From Thermoproteota archaeon (GTDB taxonomy: Archaea; Korarchaeota; Korarchaeia; B14-G2), in NCBI GenBank assembly GCA_037917675.1, contig JAVCBW010000049.1, positions 1 to 64,000 on the forward strand: a stretch of DNA of 64,000 nt. The letters are read 5' to 3'. A model generated the notes under the pieces. It was not told where the DNA came from and searched no databases. It saw only the letters and a list, made by a program, of their open reading frames with translations. Of the stretch, positions 40,578 through 50,476 are shown piece by piece. Positions within the stretch are counted from its first letter, which is position 1. Every line of letters starts with the position of its first letter. The position numbers and the translations under genes were made by a program.

Positions 40578-41588
40578 CATTAAGCTGTATAGGGCTTTAG
40601 ATAGGTCATGTATGCTTGTTACCTCTTGGTATGCTCCGTTGCCTGCTTTTGCTAGCTCTAGTGACACCCTAGCTCCCCAGTCTGTTTTTTGGGACTTTGT
40701 CTTAATGTGTAGGAGGTGTAGGGGCGTTAGACGAGGCGCTACCTTTCTTGGGTCGCCGCCCACGTTATATTGGCCGTCTGTCAGTAGGAGTGTCAGGCGA
40801 TCAGGGGACTGTGCTTTCCTGAGCTCTACTTCAGCAGCTTCTAGAGCCCCTCTTATGTTGGTATAGCCTCCTGGTGAGAGATCTAGTATTGCTTCAACTA
40901 CCTGGTTTGGATGAGCTGGCTCACCCATCTTCTTTACTATATAGGGTTTTGTGCTGAAGGCTATGAGCGCGTAGTCTCTGGAGGCTATGCTACAAGCAAG
41001 TACTGCTGTGGCTATAGATGCGAGTACTATCTTTTTTCCGAACATCGAGCCGCTGATGTCTAGGACAGCTACTATAGGCCTGGACTTAAGGAGACGTATG
41101 ATACCGATGTAAGACTCGTATCTAGCAGCTTCAAGAGGGTTCTCTAGGATTCTCTCTATTGATTGCTCTAGGTCGAAGTCTATGCATGTCTCGGTATACG
41201 GTACCCTTTGGAATCTTCCTCCTGATGACGCCTCTCTGCCAAGTGCTAGTCCTACTCTGATCAGCCTCCTGGATACTAGAGTCCTAAACGCTGCCTTTAG
41301 GTCCTCTGATAGATAATGCCTGAGCCTTCGGTATATGAATACCAGTTGATCGAAACTAGATGACTGTGTTAGAGACAGGATCCTACTTGGGGATCTAGCT
41401 AAAGCATACACGACGGCATAGGGGGAGATCTTTATGAGCTCCTCTACAAGCGTTAGTGAGCTGTTTGCTAGAGCCTCCTCAGCTAGCTCTGTGAGCTCAT
41501 CTATGTTTAGCTGGCTGATGGTCTTTCGAGTTGACGAGGCTGCAGGTAGAATGCTACGCTTTAGCTCAGCCTCAAGCTTTCTGCTCAT
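40569..41588 (-). CDS. VWA domain protein (CoxE-like)
   Basis: MIDAS DISGSM, GYTNI, LLTDG, DLEQSIE; ATGA overlap with the MoxR stop. Confidence 0.88.
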   Translation of the reverse strand: MSRKLEAELKRSILPAASSTRKTISQLNIDELTELAEEALANSSLTLVEELIKISPYAVVYALARSPSRILSLTQSSSFDQLVFIYRRLRHYLSEDLKAAFRTLVSRRLIRVGLALGREASSGGRFQRVPYTETCIDFDLEQSIERILENPLEAARYESYIGIIRLLKSRPIVAVLDISGSMFGKKIVLASIATAVLACSIASRDYALIAFSTKPYIVKKMGEPAHPNQVVEAILDLSPGGYTNIRGALEAAEVELRKAQSPDRLTLLLTDGQYNVGGDPRKVAPRLTPLHLLHIKTKSQKTDWGARVSLELAKAGNGAYQEVTSIHDLSKALYSLMST

Positions 41589-42484
41589 CGAGCGGGGCTG
41601 TCTGCTCCCGCTCTCAGCCGAGTAAAATTTCCTAGAACGGCTTCGACTGCTCTTCTTATCAGTGTAGGTACGTCGACAGATGGATCTACATCCATTCTCG
41701 TAGGAATACACATCTCAGCAGCTTCAATCCATGCCTCTCTAGTAGGTTTTCCGCCTGAGTTCAAACTACTCACAAGGGCAGCTAGATCTATTGAAGCCCT
41801 TATTGATGGCCCTCTTCTCACGATGGGGTTTTCTCTAAGAGCTCGCACTATCCTGACAGATGTTAAAGCTACTTCCTCAGAGCTCACATGGCTCTTGAGC
41901 TTTACTATCTCACATTCCTCTTCTTCCGGGGGGTAGTCGAGCTTCACAAGCACGAATCTGTCCTTTACTGCTTCGGAAAGCTTGCTTACACCAACATGCT
42001 CCTCAGTGTTCTGAGTAGCTATCACTCTGAACTCAGGGCGAGCCTTGACCTCACCTAAATTGGGTATATGTACTATTCCCTCATCTAGTGCTGGAAGCAG
42101 GACGTTCTGAGCTGACTCAGGCAGCCTGTTGAGCTCATTGATTAAGAGAACAGCTCCATGTAGCATAGCTCTCACTAAGGGGCCCTCAATAAACGCCTCT
42201 CTGCAATACCCCTTCTTCATAACAATAGGAGGATCCCAGTGGCCGACTAGCTTTGACTCATAGTAGCGCTCGTCACCATCAACACGAATGACCTCGCGAC
42301 CAAGCCACCTTGCCATTGCTACAGCGACTGTGGTCTTCCCAACACCAACAGGGCCCTCAAGCAAGACATGGCGACCAGACATCAGAGCTACTAGAGCCCT
42401 TTGGAGCTCCCTAGCCCTCCCAACGACCCCAAGTTTACTCTGGATCTCTAAAACAGCCCTAGACACATCCATGGAAGCAGGCAC
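41585..42484 (-). CDS. MoxR-family AAA+ ATPase
   Basis: HVLLEGPVGVGKT, LINELNR, IATQN, DRF, DYP, SIRA. Confidence 0.92.
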   Translation of the reverse strand: MPASMDVSRAVLEIQSKLGVVGRARELQRALVALMSGRHVLLEGPVGVGKTTVAVAMARWLGREVIRVDGDERYYESKLVGHWDPPIVMKKGYCREAFIEGPLVRAMLHGAVLLINELNRLPESAQNVLLPALDEGIVHIPNLGEVKARPEFRVIATQNTEEHVGVSKLSEAVKDRFVLVKLDYPPEEEECEIVKLKSHVSSEEVALTSVRIVRALRENPIVRRGPSIRASIDLAALVSSLNSGGKPTREAWIEAAEMCIPTRMDVDPSVDVPTLIRRAVEAVLGNFTRLRAGADSPAR

Positions 42485-42766
42485 CAGTAAGCTATCTCAG
42501 AACATGTATTTAAGGCTCGCCTTTCCAGAAGAAAGAAGATATGCATGCGTCATACCACAGATAGCCAAGGAAGAATAAGGCAGAGATGCAGACAGCAACT
42601 GAAATCGCAATAGAGACATAACAGAACATTAACGAGGGGATAATCCCTATAGCCTACCTCAACCATCACAAAAGAGGCGCTTCCATCCTAACATAAGATT
42701 TCAGCCAGCAGCCAAGCTGCAGAGACAAAGGATAAATAGTGGAAAATGTCTGGTGACAAGAGAGGT

Positions 42767-42876
42767 GCCGGGGTGGCCGAGTTGGCCTAAGGCGGCGGAT
42801 AAAAAGCTGAAACTCGAGATCAAGCGTGAAATCCGCTTCCCTCGCGGGAGCGTGGGTTCAAATCCCACCCCCGGCG
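42767..42876 (+). tRNA. tRNA-Ser(CGA) with two introns: 42799-42811 (30/31) and 42819-42830 (37/38)
   Basis: Spliced anticodon arm GCGGA-CTCGAGA-TCCGC, long variable arm, G73; central helices CGGC/GCTG and CTCG/CGTG (one mismatch). Confidence 0.85.
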
Positions 42877-43187
42877 TCCAAGATTCGATTTCTACACCTT
42901 CCATTTCTCGAATAAATGAAAGAATAACTAAAATCTACCAAAAAGCGATATATTTCAATCAGCTAATTGAAATATATAGAGTCACTCATTTGCGAGCTAC
43001 TAGATGTCCTAAATATTGCTAGAAAACTTTTCAAGCGTGTATCTTTGATATCTAGCTCTATGCCTACCAGATCGCTGGAAATGGAAACTACTGGATTACA
43101 GAGGCCGTTAAGTTAACTTAAATAGGTCAGACATCTCTGACTAAATTCAGAGCAAAGCTCTGAGGGTAGTATGCTCCTGGTGGTAGC

Positions 43188-44531
43188 TTGAAATTTGGAA
43201 CCTCTGGCATAAGGGGAGCTTATGGAGAGGCAATGTCACTTGAGTCTGCAGTGGCGCTCGGGAGAGCACTTGGACACTTTGCTGGTAGGGGAGCTGCTGC
43301 TGTGTCTAGGGATAATAGGCCTGTTAGTAGGCCGATATACTATGCTCTGATAGCAGGAATCATGGAGAGCGGAGTTGATGTAGTCTGCTTAGGTGAAACA
43401 AGCTACCCGGTTACAGCTTGGGCTACAAGATCGCTGGGATGTAGTATAGGAGCTATAGTCACAGGTTCACATAACCCAGTATGGCACACAGGAGTTAAGT
43501 GCTTTGATAGAGATGGAGCTCAGTTCACTAGACCCCAGGAAAGAGATGTTGAGAGGCTTGTGATGAAGAGGAAGCTTCCAGTAGCCAGCAAGGTAGGTAA
43601 GCTTGGAGGAGCTGATTATGCTAGCCAAAGCTACATAGAGGAACTTACTTCCCATATAGAGTGTGAGCTTGAAGTTAAGGTCGCAGTTGACTCTGGGTCA
43701 GGTGTGAGTGGAGAGGTGACATGCAGAACACTGAAGCTGCTAGATGCTAGAGTACTGTCATTGAACTGTGACCCCGAGATATCAAGGCCTTGGAGAGAAC
43801 CTGAGCCCACAGAGGAAAACCTCGAGACACTTGGGGCAGCAGTGAGGGCGGCAGGATGTCTAGCTGGATTCGGCCACGATACTGATGGAGACAGGCTGGC
43901 TGTGGTAGATGATAGAGGAGAGTTTGTCCCACATGATAGAGTTACAGCGCTCATAGCAGACATACTACTCAGAGATAAAAGAGGGCTTGTAGTACTCTCA
44001 GTGGATACAGGGACAGCAGTATATGAGATAGCAGAGAAGCATGGGTGTAAGGTGCTCACAGTGCCTCTAGGGAGGATCCATGAACCAGTGAAGGAAGGTA
44101 AGAATGTCGTGCTGGCATCAGAGCCTTGGAAGATAATTGACCCAAAGTGGGGTCCCTGGCCAGATGGCACATACGCAGCAGCTCTCATAGCTGCAGAGCT
44201 CTCTCGCAGTAGAGAGAAGCTGAGCACTCTAGTAAGTAGGCTGCCAAGCTACCATATGGTGAGGCTGAGCATAAGGGTTCCCATGGGGTTACTTGACACA
44301 GTCTACACAGAGGCTTCACAACAGCTCCTCAGAGACCTCAAGCCAGCTGACATACTGGAGATAGATGGCGTGAAAATATACACTAAATACGGGTGGATCC
44401 TAATTAGGAGAAGTGGTACTGAAAGCAAGATAAGAGTATACACGGAGTCAAAGAGCAGGAAGAAGGCACATCAGCTGGCAGATGAGGGGAGGAAAGCTGT
44501 AGAGAGAGCGCTCAAAAAATATGGAAGGTAA
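43188..44531 (+). CDS. Phosphohexomutase (PMM/PGM/GlmM family)
   Basis: FGTSGIRG, TGSHNP, DTDGDR, RRSGTESKIRVY. Confidence 0.93.
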   Translation: MKFGTSGIRGAYGEAMSLESAVALGRALGHFAGRGAAAVSRDNRPVSRPIYYALIAGIMESGVDVVCLGETSYPVTAWATRSLGCSIGAIVTGSHNPVWHTGVKCFDRDGAQFTRPQERDVERLVMKRKLPVASKVGKLGGADYASQSYIEELTSHIECELEVKVAVDSGSGVSGEVTCRTLKLLDARVLSLNCDPEISRPWREPEPTEENLETLGAAVRAAGCLAGFGHDTDGDRLAVVDDRGEFVPHDRVTALIADILLRDKRGLVVLSVDTGTAVYEIAEKHGCKVLTVPLGRIHEPVKEGKNVVLASEPWKIIDPKWGPWPDGTYAAALIAAELSRSREKLSTLVSRLPSYHMVRLSIRVPMGLLDTVYTEASQQLLRDLKPADILEIDGVKIYTKYGWILIRRSGTESKIRVYTESKSRKKAHQLADEGRKAVERALKKYGR

Positions 44532-45999
44532 TAGCATGAGTACAGCTGAGTATGCATACACTGTTTACAAGCAGATGAACCTAACCCTGACCCCGAAGGC
44601 CTTAGCTAAGCTCCTAGACTACAGCAGCGATGTGATAGAGAGCACGGCAAAAGTCATCTATAGCAAAACAGGTGGAAAACCAAAGATAGTTACTCCAGAA
44701 GACGTGGAGGAGGCTCTGAAGATAGCACTATCAAGGGAGATATATAGGATACCTGTAGCCAGAGGAGTGGAAAGCAGAATAGAGGTGGTGACAGATAGAG
44801 TAGAGAGAAGGATAGTACATGGGACAGAAGACTTCCTGAACTACATGAGAACCAGGTTCATAAAGCTGAGGGCAATGCTGGCAGATGTAATGGGATCAGA
44901 GACCCTGAGCATGGCTGAGATAGCTGAAAAAGAGAGTGGAGACGTAGCTGGGATAGCTATGATAGCAGGTAGAAGACTCTCATCTCACATGATGCTCCTG
45001 ACTTTAGAGGACACGACAGGAACAGTAACAGCAGTCATAGACATCAGAAGGATCCCTAAGGCAAGAGAACTAGTGTCAGACATGGTAATAGGGTTCAAGG
45101 GAAGCGTTCTCAAAAAGGGTTTCATAGCAGTGAATAACATGACATATCCTGGAGAAGCCATCTACAACAGAGCAAAACGCTCAGAAGAAGAGGTGTCAGC
45201 CATCCTACTAGGGGACTTCCACATTGGAAGCAGCTACTTCCATATGGAGGGCTACAGGAAGCTCATAGAGTGGCTTAAAGGAAGGTCGTATAAGCCAGAA
45301 GAGAAGAAGCTCTCTGAGACAGTAAAGTACATGGTGATAGCAGGAGATCTTGTGGATGGTGTAGGGGTCTACCCAGGACAGGAGAGTGAAACTGAGATAC
45401 CAGATGTTTACAGGCAGTATGAGGCTGCAGCTGAGCTCCTGAAGGAGATCCCAGACTACATAGACATAGTTTATTCACCTGGCAACCACGAGCCGATGCT
45501 AGATGTGGAGCCGCAGCCTCCAGTGAAAAGTGAGTTCGCAAAGCCTCTGTTGGAAGAGCTCGATGTCAAGCTAGTACCGAACCCAGCATATGTCAAGCTA
45601 AGTGGAGTGCTCTTCCTAATATACCATGGAAGAAGCCTCAATGGATGGATATCAAGCCTGTTTGGAGCAGGAAAGTACACAGCAGGAGACATCATGAGAG
45701 CGATGAGAGCAATGCTCTTAGCAAGACATCTGGCGCCAATATATGGCTCAGCTCCAATAGCTCCACAAGACAGAGATACACATGTGATGGAGCTCATTCC
45801 AGACGTGCTACAGTGTGGGCATATACACATTGCGGCAGCGACAAGCTATCAGGAGAGAGTACTAGCATGCACAGGAGGATTCCAGAAGAAAACCCCTTAT
45901 ATGGAGTCTCTAGGGATACACCCCACTCCAGGACTCATCCCAATAGTCCAACTAAACACCCTGAAGTTCAAGTTAGTCGACATCAACTCAGCTCTATGA
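44521..45999 (+). CDS. polB: DNA polymerase D small subunit DP1
   Basis: LEDTTG OB fold, DFHIGS, AGDLVDGVGVYPGQ, PGNHE, YHGRS, RHLAPIYG, GHIH. Confidence 0.95.
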   Translation: MEGNSMSTAEYAYTVYKQMNLTLTPKALAKLLDYSSDVIESTAKVIYSKTGGKPKIVTPEDVEEALKIALSREIYRIPVARGVESRIEVVTDRVERRIVHGTEDFLNYMRTRFIKLRAMLADVMGSETLSMAEIAEKESGDVAGIAMIAGRRLSSHMMLLTLEDTTGTVTAVIDIRRIPKARELVSDMVIGFKGSVLKKGFIAVNNMTYPGEAIYNRAKRSEEEVSAILLGDFHIGSSYFHMEGYRKLIEWLKGRSYKPEEKKLSETVKYMVIAGDLVDGVGVYPGQESETEIPDVYRQYEAAAELLKEIPDYIDIVYSPGNHEPMLDVEPQPPVKSEFAKPLLEELDVKLVPNPAYVKLSGVLFLIYHGRSLNGWISSLFGAGKYTAGDIMRAMRAMLLARHLAPIYGSAPIAPQDRDTHVMELIPDVLQCGHIHIAAATSYQERVLACTGGFQKKTPYMESLGIHPTPGLIPIVQLNTLKFKLVDINSAL

Positions 46000-47190
46000 G
46001 AGCACTAAGTCCCCGTTCTGAAGGATCTTAAGCACCTCATCTGGAGGAGGAGACATCTCAAGCACAGCAAAAGCGCTGCCACCACCCTCTAAGTGCACTA
46101 AGTCTATCTCAAGCAGCCCCAGTGAAGCAAAGTACTTGAGAACCCTTCTGATAGATCTCATGGACAGTGGATCCAGCTTGTTCTTCTCACAAATCCTCTT
46201 GTATATCTCATAGATCAAGCCAGTGTGAGCTGGCCTCCCATGGCGATCCCTATACTTAAATGCTATAGCAACTGAAGCAAGTACAGCCTTCCTCTGGATA
46301 GGGAGAGCTGAGATAAGATCGAAATACTCGTCTCTCTCAAACTGGTCACGAGCACGCTTCACATGCTCCAACTTCACCACCTCAGACTTAGACTGCTCAG
46401 CATACTCACCAGCAACACGAAGAAGCTGAATAGCCTTCCTAGCGTCACCACTCTCCTGGGCAACAAAGGCAGCAAGATAGGGTACAACCTCAGTATCCAC
46501 AGCGCCAGGCTGGAAACCAAGCTCAACCCTCTGATAAAGGATTTCACGAAGCTCAGAAGCACGATAGGGAGCAAACCTCACAGTAATAGGGTTCAGCGCA
46601 CTTGTGATCTTAGGGTCAAGCTTCTCCATGAATGTAAGCGAATTAGACACACAAACCAACGTGACAGAAGCAAGCCCATTTAAATCACCATTCACACGAA
46701 CAAGAGAGTAGAGTAGGTCATCACCAGATCTCATGATGAGGTTGTCAAGCTCATCCAAAACAATGACCTGGATGCACCTATGCTCAGAAAGCAGAGAAAT
46801 ATACGTTTCATAGAGCTCATCAAAGGGGAGGCCAACAGACGGGATGGTAGGGTCAAACGACTTACAAAGCCTACTCATGACACGATAGCCAGTCCTAACC
46901 CACCCACAGTTCACATAGTCAACGCGAACCGGTGCATCAGCTGCTCTAGCAGCAGCCTCAAGCCTCCCCATAACAAGCTTTATACAAGCAGTCTTCCCGG
47001 TTCCAGGAGGCCCATACAAGAACAAGTCTACAGGAGGTTCACCATAGAGAGCTTCACTGAGATTCTCCTCAATCTTCTCCACATGAACACGCCTAGCAGG
47101 GAGATCCTCAGGTATGAAGTCATCTGAGAAAACCCTTCTGTCTCGAAATATCCTTGACTCCCGCTCTGCCACTGCCCTCTGAAACAACAC
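45994..47190 (-). CDS. cdc6: Orc1/Cdc6 replication initiator
   Basis: YGPPGTGKT, YVNC, VLDELD, FAPY, GDARKAI, C-terminal wHTH. Confidence 0.95.
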   Translation of the reverse strand: MLFQRAVAERESRIFRDRRVFSDDFIPEDLPARRVHVEKIEENLSEALYGEPPVDLFLYGPPGTGKTACIKLVMGRLEAAARAADAPVRVDYVNCGWVRTGYRVMSRLCKSFDPTIPSVGLPFDELYETYISLLSEHRCIQVIVLDELDNLIMRSGDDLLYSLVRVNGDLNGLASVTLVCVSNSLTFMEKLDPKITSALNPITVRFAPYRASELREILYQRVELGFQPGAVDTEVVPYLAAFVAQESGDARKAIQLLRVAGEYAEQSKSEVVKLEHVKRARDQFERDEYFDLISALPIQRKAVLASVAIAFKYRDRHGRPAHTGLIYEIYKRICEKNKLDPLSMRSIRRVLKYFASLGLLEIDLVHLEGGGSAFAVLEMSPPPDEVLKILQNGDLVLS

Positions 47191-47481
47191 ACTCCCCCGC
47201 TGGCATATACACCATCTCTGTCGTGCTTGAATAACATTACCATATTAAAGCAGATTTTAAGTGTGGAAAAGCATGCCACACATAGCATATTAACCAAGAA
47301 GGCAGCTTACATCAAATGTGGCGGAAAAAAGGAAGAGACAACATGTACGATAAGGCCAGCATCAGCTGCAAGAAAAGCTACAGAGCCTCATAAAGAAGAA
47401 TATCCAGCTACATACCAAGCTACTAGGCCACAAATTACAAAAGAATCCAAGAAAGGAGAAGCATACTAACCATACATAAAG

Positions 47482-48207
47482 CTACCTACGACATCTCATG
47501 GAAACAAGCTTTAGCACACATCCAAGCTCACGTCTTCCTCCACCCTCCATCACTACATGCAAAGCCTTGACTGGATCCGTCACTATAGCACCAGCAAGCT
47601 CATCTGCGCCATACTCAAAGAGAACATCTACGAGCGGAGTAGTAGGTCCTACAACCATGGTATAACCACAGCTAGCCTTCAGAACCCTCTCTAAGCTCTT
47701 ATTGACAAAAGCGCTCCCGGAAACTATCGCTAGATCACAAGAAGACAGGACTTCCTCATATGCGTCATCAGGCAGAGCCCCTGGCATAGGTCTCTTCTCT
47801 AGCACTATAGGAGACTCAAAATACTTCAGTAGAGGCCTAAAATAGCCTACAAAGACAACTCTCCTATATCTCTTCGAAAGCTCAGAGATCCTCTTAACAA
47901 CATCAAGCTCCTCATACTCAGAGGGTACTGTAACAGCATTAATGGCAGCAGTACCAATAGAAGCTTCAGAGAGATTCCACGACTTAGCTAAGTCAATGAG
48001 CTCAAAAGCAGATCTCCTCCACAAGCTTCCACAGAACTTTGGAACACTATGCCACTCTCTAAAAACATATGCAACACCAGCTCTCCCACCATCCAAGACA
48101 ACACAAGCGTACTTGACACCTAAAGCAACACTAAGGATGTTAGAGTTACTAAAGTTGCCCTTGACCCAGGAGATTACATCGTCAACTAAAGGCAAAGTAG
48201 CCCCCAT
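47482..48207 (-). CDS. DUF4213/DUF364 family protein
   Basis: EASIGTAAINA, VGYFRP, SGSAFVNKS, VGPTTP. Confidence 0.88.
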   Translation of the reverse strand: MGATLPLVDDVISWVKGNFSNSNILSVALGVKYACVVLDGGRAGVAYVFREWHSVPKFCGSLWRRSAFELIDLAKSWNLSEASIGTAAINAVTVPSEYEELDVVKRISELSKRYRRVVFVGYFRPLLKYFESPIVLEKRPMPGALPDDAYEEVLSSCDLAIVSGSAFVNKSLERVLKASCGYTMVVGPTTPLVDVLFEYGADELAGAIVTDPVKALHVVMEGGGRRELGCVLKLVSMRCRR

Positions 48208-48920
48208 CAGACATCAGAAAAATTAAAACTACCTAGAATCACATCAACCACATCACATAGTGTATCTACAACAGGAACCTCATGTGGATATGGTTCACTC
48301 CAAGCATGCCTAAGAGGCCCCCTAAACCTCACCAAAATAGCTCTAACCCCGCGAGCAATAGCCTCAGAAACTCTTCTAGGCTTATCATCCACAAAGTAAG
48401 GGACAACATCATGTGACGCAGCTATTTCAACAACCTTGTCGATGGGAGTGCCAGAAAAATCCTCACCAGAAACATAAACTCCGCTAACAACAGGAAGAAG
48501 ACCGCTAGCCTCAATCCTCCTCTTCTTGACCCCGGGGATCAAATCTGAACCGCACACAATGTAAACTTTAAACCCAGCTTCCTTCAGCTTAAACAGCACA
48601 TCAAAGGCACAATCTACAACAGTGGAAAAATGCATCCTCCACTCAAACCACATCAAATGCAACTTACTGAACTCATCAATAGATAGGTCAATGCCCCATC
48701 TATCAGAAAAATACTGTTTCCACCACACTTCTCTATTGTAATCTTCCTCAACCTCCTTCAAATCCTCAATCTCCATAAGCTCGGTGACAGCCTCATCTAA
48801 GTGATTAGGAGAAAGCCCAACAGCTTGACAAAGCATCCTATACACTTCAGGAAGACAGGAATAGCTGTCAACAAGCGTACCATCAAAATCAAAACAGGCA
48901 ACACCAGACAAATAGGACAC
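48207..48920 (-). CDS. HAD-superfamily hydrolase
   Basis: FDFDGTLVDS motif I, FVDD motif IV; GTG start inferred. Confidence 0.88.
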   Translation of the reverse strand: MSYLSGVACFDFDGTLVDSYSCLPEVYRMLCQAVGLSPNHLDEAVTELMEIEDLKEVEEDYNREVWWKQYFSDRWGIDLSIDEFSKLHLMWFEWRMHFSTVVDCAFDVLFKLKEAGFKVYIVCGSDLIPGVKKRRIEASGLLPVVSGVYVSGEDFSGTPIDKVVEIAASHDVVPYFVDDKPRRVSEAIARGVRAILVRFRGPLRHAWSEPYPHEVPVVDTLCDVVDVILGSFNFSDV

Positions 48921-48960
48921 CAAGCAGCAACCGGTAAATTCATTTAAAAGATGAGATATA

Positions 48961-48986
48961 TTCATATAACATGTAAGTTATATGAA
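48961..48986. promoter_or_regulatory. Perfect inverted repeat, putative operator upstream of the HAD gene
   Basis: TTCATATAAC-N6-GTTATATGAA. Confidence 0.5.
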
Positions 48987-49044
48987 CAGCTAGATTCAAT
49001 TGGCAGGATCCGAGTAGGTTCCTTAATAATGTAAGGCATATATT

Positions 49045-49619
49045 TGAAAAGAAGACCCCACCCCCATATGTCCTTCAAAATAGACACACAGCATACTAGA
49101 CACGACAGGAATGACCATGTAAGTTACATAGCTCTTACTATGAATGGTAAAAGAAAGACAAAAGCCTTGATATTCTATGATAGAGCATGAAAATAGCAGA
49201 GCAGACCATGGATAGATGGCGGGTAGCAGCTGTATGGTATAGTGTCTTAAGGATCTAGTCTATTAGAGTAAGTTCTAGAGTATAGCAGCGATGTGATAGA
49301 GACCACAGCGAATAGAGGTTATAACAGAAGATGGTGGAGGATAGAGGATAAGATGATGAGATTAAATCTCATGAAATAAGATGATAGAGGATAGTAAAAT
49401 AACAGAGAATAGGGTTGTTTTAGCGAATTTAAGGGGTGAGAAAACATAGGGCTGAAATCCCTGTTATCATTGCCTCATAAGGACCTATTTAATGAGGGGT
49501 GTGCTAATTCGATGAGAGGCTTATATCTCCAAAAATTCCATTTATGAGTAAGAAGCTAGCTATATGAATGCCTTCATTGTGTCTGCTTGGTGGACTGATG
49601 GGGGGTGGGGGCTTTTTCA
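49045..49619. other. Non-coding region bounded by G-string inverted repeats; candidate replication origin
   Basis: Left end reverse complement GGACATATGGGGGTGGGGTCTTCTTTTCA versus right end GGACTGATGGGGGGTGGGGGCTTTTTCA; AT-rich interior; visible strand-skew flip; 1.9 kb from cdc6. Confidence 0.45.
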
Positions 49620-49633
49620 CATGAGGCTTTCTT

Positions 49634-50476
49634 TTAAAAATCAACTATAGTTGCTAGATAGCATATTGACTCTCTTACCCAGTCAGGTCTGAAGTTTTCT
49701 ATTGTTAAGTACCCTTTGTATCCTGTTCTCTTTAGTTCTTCTAGGGCTTCTCTCCAATTGATGGATCCTCTATTGAGTGGCCAATGGCAGTCTATCTTCT
49801 TGTCATTGTTGTGTGCATGTACTGCTATTGCTATGGATGCTAGCTTCTGTATGGCTTTCTTGGTTTTTACTCCTACGAGGGCATAGTGTCCTAAGTCTAT
49901 TACTGCTGACGCTGATGTTACTGTTGTAATGATGGACATGTGCTCTTCTGGTGTTGATATCAGAGGTCTTCTCATATGAGGGAATTCTTCTGGAAACCAG
50001 TATCCCTTGTACTCTCTTTTTACTAGGTTCTCTAATCCTGCTACCACATTCATGTCTGATGCTTTCTCTGATAGTTTTTTCAGTAGATTTACAGTTTTTT
50101 CCTTAGTCTTCTCCTCTGCTATCCACTGGTATACTGTTATGGTTCCAGGGTGGATTACTATGTAGTCTGCTTCAAGTCTGTATGCTATCTCGATTGCTTT
50201 CTCTACGCTTTTTTCTGCTGCTTTCCTCTCTGATGGAACTGGGCTTGCTATGTTTAGTTCTATGAATGGGGCGTGTACCCCTGCTATTCTAAGTGTAGCT
50301 TCTTGAATCATGTCTCTTAGCTTTCTCCATCCCAGCTTCTCTGCTGCCATAAGGGATAGGTAGCTGTTGAACTGTAGCTCTACTCTTGTAGCTCCGGCTT
50401 CTCTGAGGGCTTTCATTCCTTCTACCCAGGATTTAGGCTTTAATAGTCCTAGGTCGAGGGTTACTGCGACTTTCAT
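49634..50476 (-). CDS. Sugar phosphate isomerase/epimerase (AP endonuclease 2 TIM barrel)
   Basis: VHAPF..LNIAS, VIHPG, LENL, DLGH, HAHNN, HWPL..G, TIE. Confidence 0.88.
   Translation of the reverse strand: MKVAVTLDLGLLKPKSWVEGMKALREAGATRVELQFNSYLSLMAAEKLGWRKLRDMIQEATLRIAGVHAPFIELNIASPVPSERKAAEKSVEKAIEIAYRLEADYIVIHPGTITVYQWIAEEKTKEKTVNLLKKLSEKASDMNVVAGLENLVKREYKGYWFPEEFPHMRRPLISTPEEHMSIITTVTSASAVIDLGHYALVGVKTKKAIQKLASIAIAVHAHNNDKKIDCHWPLNRGSINWREALEELKRTGYKGYLTIENFRPDWVRESICYLATIVDF

Noticed and set aside
42799-42831. GCT and TGA triplets in the tRNA-Ser introns suggesting alternative splicing to other Ser anticodons
   Set aside because: Only CGA has the C32-U33 context and BHB geometry that yields a 7-nt loop.
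42701-43022. ORFs overlapping tRNA-Ser
   Set aside because: They overlap the tRNA gene and show no coding signal.
47191-47481. Region just upstream of cdc6 as the origin, and its 80-aa ORF
   Set aside because: No convincing ORB repeats (only an isolated TGGAAA and short AGCTAC words); the ORF has no recognisable features.
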